NCBI GenBank assembly: GCA_963818475.1
Contig: CAWFSF010000006.1
Coordinates: 384,001-448,000 of the forward strand
Source: Nitrospirota bacterium
GTDB taxonomy: Bacteria; Nitrospirota; UBA9217
Direction: 5' to 3'
DNA length: 64,000 nucleotides
A program made the translations under genes and the position numbers. Numbering within the stretch: the stretch's first letter is position 1; every line of letters begins with the position of its first letter. Below are positions 60,121-64,000 of the stretch, one piece after another. The notes under the pieces are model-generated. The model did not search any database. It had not been told where the DNA came from and saw only the letters and a list, made by a program, of their open reading frames with translations.

Positions 60121-60723
60121 ATGATCATTTTCAATATCCTTATCGTTGTTGTCTCTACTTCAATTTTAGTGTTTTTCTCTCTCTATGGAACGTCCCGGAG
60201 GGTGTTTTTACAAACGGGACTCATTCAGGTGTTGAAGGAACCGAAGGAATGCATATACGCATGGCGCAACGCCGGTGTTTCCGGGCGGGTCCTTTTCCAC
60301 ATTGACAGGCGACTGCGCGCCGAGTATGACCCCGATGATCCGATTCTGGACAATGACAACTATATGTATACCGCGAGGAGCGAGGCTGTTGTCAGAAAAA
60401 TTTACCATATCGTTCCCGAAGAATCTTGGACGGAAGTGGCGTCCAATCTCTCGAAACTCCCAAACGTGGCAGCTGCCGGCCCCGGTTTTCGATATTCGCT
60501 GGAGGGGACCCCGGTGTTCATTATGCGTGCAAAAGACATTGTCCCAATGAAGGAAAAGGTCCTCATCCATATCAACGGTGATTCCTGGGGAGGTGAGGGT
60601 ATTGAACAGATAATCGGGCTGCTTACTGATAACGTCCTCAGCGCAGACTTCATCACAATAACCGGGAAGATGGAAAATAGTCATGTGCAGTCGTTCAAAT
60701 CGTCGATGAATGAGTATCTTTAA
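60121..60723 (+). CDS. Hypothetical exported protein (paralog of 52890)
   Basis: TM helix; GRVLFHID, VVRKIYHIVP, VLIHINGD and ADFIT motifs. Confidence 0.65.
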   Translation: MIIFNILIVVVSTSILVFFSLYGTSRRVFLQTGLIQVLKEPKECIYAWRNAGVSGRVLFHIDRRLRAEYDPDDPILDNDNYMYTARSEAVVRKIYHIVPEESWTEVASNLSKLPNVAAAGPGFRYSLEGTPVFIMRAKDIVPMKEKVLIHINGDSWGGEGIEQIIGLLTDNVLSADFITITGKMENSHVQSFKSSMNEYL

Positions 60724-61958
60724 TAGACAAGTTGTGATCGTGGCGCTCCTGACCGTCCTCGCGCTGGGATTACGGTTGTGGGGAATTTCCGACATGGAGG
60801 CCCACACCGGCGACGAGGCGGGGCAGGTGTCTTCAGCAAAGCATTTCATCCGGACCGGCCATACTGATTCTACTTTTTGGCACCACCCTCCTTTTGGTCT
60901 CATTCTCATCGCTGCCAGCATCGAGGTTTTCGGAGACAACCCCGCGGGCTGGCGCCTGCGAAACGCCGTGTTGGGCGGCATGACCCCGCTGTTGTTGTTT
61001 CTGATCGCCGCGGAATTATTTGCCTCGCAACGCGTTGCGTTCATGGCAGGCTTGCTTCTGGCGCTCGACCCCCTCCATATTTTTCTGTCTCGTTCGACCA
61101 TGGACGAGATTCCTGCTGTTTTTTTCTTTCTCCTGGCCCTCCTTGTCGACGTGAAATACCTGAAGGGAAAGATCGAGACGCCGCTTGCGTCAGGGCTCTT
61201 TCTCGGTCTTTCTCTTGCTTCGAAGCAATACTACGCTCTCGCAATATTACCTCTTTTTATTTTCAATCTGGTACTCCCGGCGAAGGGTGAGAAGGCGGGC
61301 TGGTATAAGACCATGCACGTCACGCTGGTGTTTCTCCTGCTGCCGCTGGTCGTTTTTACGGCATGCTACTTCCCGTGGTTTGCCGGAGGGCACGGGCTTC
61401 GCGATTTTTATCGCTTCCAACTTGATGCATATTATGATCTGCAAAGCATGACGTATAACTGGTTTGCGCTGGGAGAACTATTGCGGGAAACAGGTGCGCC
61501 ATGGGAATGGTTCGTGCGGCCGAAATATACCATGCTCTTCGGGGCCGGCTGGGGCCAATGGGGCTGCTATCTCTGCCTGACTAATAATCCGGTCATATGG
61601 CTCTTGACGCTGCCGGCATTGTTCTTCATGACCCTTCGATACAGAAAGGAAAAAGACCGCTGGCTTTTGATGACAGTCGTTCTTTTCCTGGCTGTTTATG
61701 TGCCGTTACTGTTGGCAAAAAGGCCGATTTTTCTGTACTCTGCGACCGCAGTCCTTCCCTTTGCCTTCCTGGCGGTCGCATATCTGGTGACTTCGCTGGC
61801 GCAAAAGGCCAGGATGCATGAATTAGCATATTCTATTTGCCACCGCGTGCGTTATTGCGATAGGTTTATACCATTATCCGTTGGCGACGGCGAAGCCCGT
61901 GCCGGCCGTTCTTTACACCCCCATTCTGACCGAAGAGGTGGCGACGCGGAATCTTTAG
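60710..61958 (+). CDS. Pmt-like (GT39) glycosyltransferase with a +1 indel near 61837 affecting the last TM helix
   Basis: GDE, HHPPFG...FGDNPAGWR, DPLH..LSR, PWEW and NNPVIW motifs. The shifted frame reads IATACVIAIGLYHYPLAT...RNL* like the paralog's tail; the uncorrected ORF ends at 61993. Confidence 0.82.
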
Positions 61959-62169
61959 CGCGTTGCCGTCTCAAACCCTTCCCCACCACGTAAAGATATT
62001 ATTCTCTCCGCGGCTTTACCAAATGCAAGTATGCCGGAGTTTATGGCGGTAACTATGATCTTATTTCCTGCTCTCTCAAATAAATAAAGCAGGAAATAAG
62101 TTGCATCGGGTCCGAAGAATAGATATGATGGCCCTCAGAAGAAAAAATACTTCTTTCAGCGCCACAATT

Positions 62170-63474
62170 TTAGCGGGAGTTTTCCATAATAAAGTCGAGA
62201 TCGCTCTTGTCCATCAGCAGCTGCGGTTTCACGGGGATATGTGTCTTTTCGTCGACGCCCGACGCCATGCCGATGGCCAGGATGATAGCTTCCGACTGGC
62301 CCGGACGCAGAATTCTCGGCCCCCATTCCAGAAAAATGACCCTGTTGCTGATGCTCGCCAGCGGGACTTTTTCAGATTCCTGCGCGAACCGTCCTATGCT
62401 GTTGGAAAAGTAGACGGTATCGGGCCTGACCTCACCCAGCCATTCGATGAAATTTGCCATACCCGAGAACGTTTTCGATTTCCCTGACGGTATCATCTTA
62501 TTCCCATAGTCATACTGCCCGGCGTACGAGTATTTCGCGGCGTCTACCATTCCTTCATAGTAGAAGAGCCTGTCTTTTACCCACCCCACATTTCCTTCAG
62601 AGGAGCCGAAATTACCGACCCACGGTTCGTCTCCGTAAATATAGAAATAGGGCACGTCATAGCTGTTCCTGTTTTTTAAAACGATCATCAGAATAAAATA
62701 GGCATCATCGGTTCTGAAAACGGCGTACCGGTCCATATGCAGGGGAACCCCCTGGAATTCGACCTTGTGGCTGCTTTTCAGGATCAGCTTTGATTTGCTT
62801 TTATTCAGGATCTTGCTGCCAAGAAATTCCCAATGGGAAGGAGTCAGCATGTGGTCCGGATCAAATCCGATGCCAAGCGCTTCGTTTGCATTGCACCAGA
62901 GATGCTGCCATTCCTTCCCGTTAAAAAAAGCCATCCCGGTTTCGTTTTTTGTGACGTTGGGATCTTCCAGCTTTGCTCCCGGCAATCCGCCTCCGACAAA
63001 AATTCCTTTAGGAGCGACGCCGTTGCCGCTGTCCTTGAACCGGCTGAAACAGGTGATGAGTCTTTTATTGTCTGGAAAATGAGACTCGACATATCCTCTT
63101 CCGGTTCGTTCGCTCCATCGGTAATGGATTTGGGACTCTTCAGTCGCATTGGTATCAACGCCCATCAAGTGCAAAAGAGGGATCAACCCAGGAATGCTTT
63201 TGCGCTTGATTAAGAAATCGAAAACTGGCTGGAAATCCACTCGGAAAATAATTTTATGCTCGTCTCCCAAAAAATCCTCATTCTGAAGATCGAAGACCGC
63301 GCCGTGGCTGCATCTCAGGAGATATATTCCCTCATAATCTCCTGAAAAGTCGAAGTGAGTTATGGAGATGAAGACCGTGAGCGGCAGTATGAGGATTGCA
63401 AGAAAGAGTATAGGGAGGCGGTTACTTGGAACAAGGAAGGAAAGTCTTCTGAGTTGATTTTTAACAGTATTCAT
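62170..63474 (-). CDS. Hypothetical membrane-anchored protein of unknown function
   Basis: 434-aa ORF with a single N-terminal TM and an aromatic-rich, beta-like soluble domain (GGGLP, ETGMA, WCNANE, YGDEPWVG). Confidence 0.75.
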   Translation of the reverse strand: MNTVKNQLRRLSFLVPSNRLPILFLAILILPLTVFISITHFDFSGDYEGIYLLRCSHGAVFDLQNEDFLGDEHKIIFRVDFQPVFDFLIKRKSIPGLIPLLHLMGVDTNATEESQIHYRWSERTGRGYVESHFPDNKRLITCFSRFKDSGNGVAPKGIFVGGGLPGAKLEDPNVTKNETGMAFFNGKEWQHLWCNANEALGIGFDPDHMLTPSHWEFLGSKILNKSKSKLILKSSHKVEFQGVPLHMDRYAVFRTDDAYFILMIVLKNRNSYDVPYFYIYGDEPWVGNFGSSEGNVGWVKDRLFYYEGMVDAAKYSYAGQYDYGNKMIPSGKSKTFSGMANFIEWLGEVRPDTVYFSNSIGRFAQESEKVPLASISNRVIFLEWGPRILRPGQSEAIILAIGMASGVDEKTHIPVKPQLLMDKSDLDFIMENSR

Positions 63475-64000
63475 GTGAGTGGAATAATTTATTAATGAGG
63501 AAAGGCCTCAGGCCGATAAGGTAAAATCACCATCAACAAAAAGCGTCTTTCGCATAGCAGCCAAGGACGGAAAGGAAATGCGTCAATACCGGTTTTAAAC
63601 CCAAAGGATATATCTTTCCTTGCGATCTTTGCGTCTCAGAGAGGGACGCTTAAAGGGCCATTGCGAGAAATTCGCTGGTTTTTTGGTTCAACTCAAAAAC
63701 TTGACTCAAAATTCAGGATGAGACGAACTAAAGTTACCTTTACAGCGTGCGAAATAATACAATACTTTACTGTCAATTGCCAGAACTATTTTGACCCCTC
63801 ATGATTCCGTTCAGAGGACCTTTTGCTATGAATCCGCGCTGCGATTCCGCTGAAAACCTAAGAAAACGAAAGCCCGAAAGAGGCGCCAGAGCGGAATGGG
63901 GATATTCCGCAGTCCAGCCCGCCCGTTAAAAGTCCCTTGATAATTGACGCAAAATGGTTATAATATACCGTGTTGCATCGTGCTGATCTGCCGCTTACGC

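Noticed and set aside
63845-63925. Possible structured RNA (ttccgct...agcggaa with a gaaa loop)
   Set aside because: It matches no RNA family I recognise, and its downstream context is outside the window.

Overview
Bacterial genomic window, GC roughly 50-60% by eye, from an anaerobe of Nitrospirota/Desulfobacterota-like character (taxonomy is inference only). It is dominated by a candidate extracellular-electron-transfer island. The redox components are two tetraheme cytochromes with the motif layout of Geobacter OmcE (5811, 26506), a ~2780-aa cytochrome with about 64 hand-counted heme motifs (48 CXXCH, 15 CX4CH, 1 CX3CH), and a nonaheme cytochrome. Candidate assembly genes are NHL beta-propeller proteins, a parvulin-type PPIase and a beta-barrel with a poly-Asn tract. 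Maturation genes are system II ccsA/resB plus two divergent ResB-like genes, one translationally coupled to a MacB-type ABC/DUF2318 module. Interleaved is a large surface-glycosylation kit: a GT2, two Pmt-like and two TMTC-like GT-C enzymes, stand-alone TM-TPR proteins, two SGNH proteins and a carbamoyltransferase-SxtJ-SxtK cassette. One TMTC-like enzyme is fused in frame to a nonaheme cytochrome. Four sigma-54 promoters share an upstream 16-bp palindrome and IHF-like sites, suggesting one regulon. A housekeeping-like block (MotB-like, aspC, LysM, NtrY-like kinase, rhodanese, ogg) interrupts the island. REP/MITE-like repeats and an IS3 remnant are present. Five single-base indels in four genes look like possible sequencing errors. 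No rRNA, tRNA or CRISPR array was seen.
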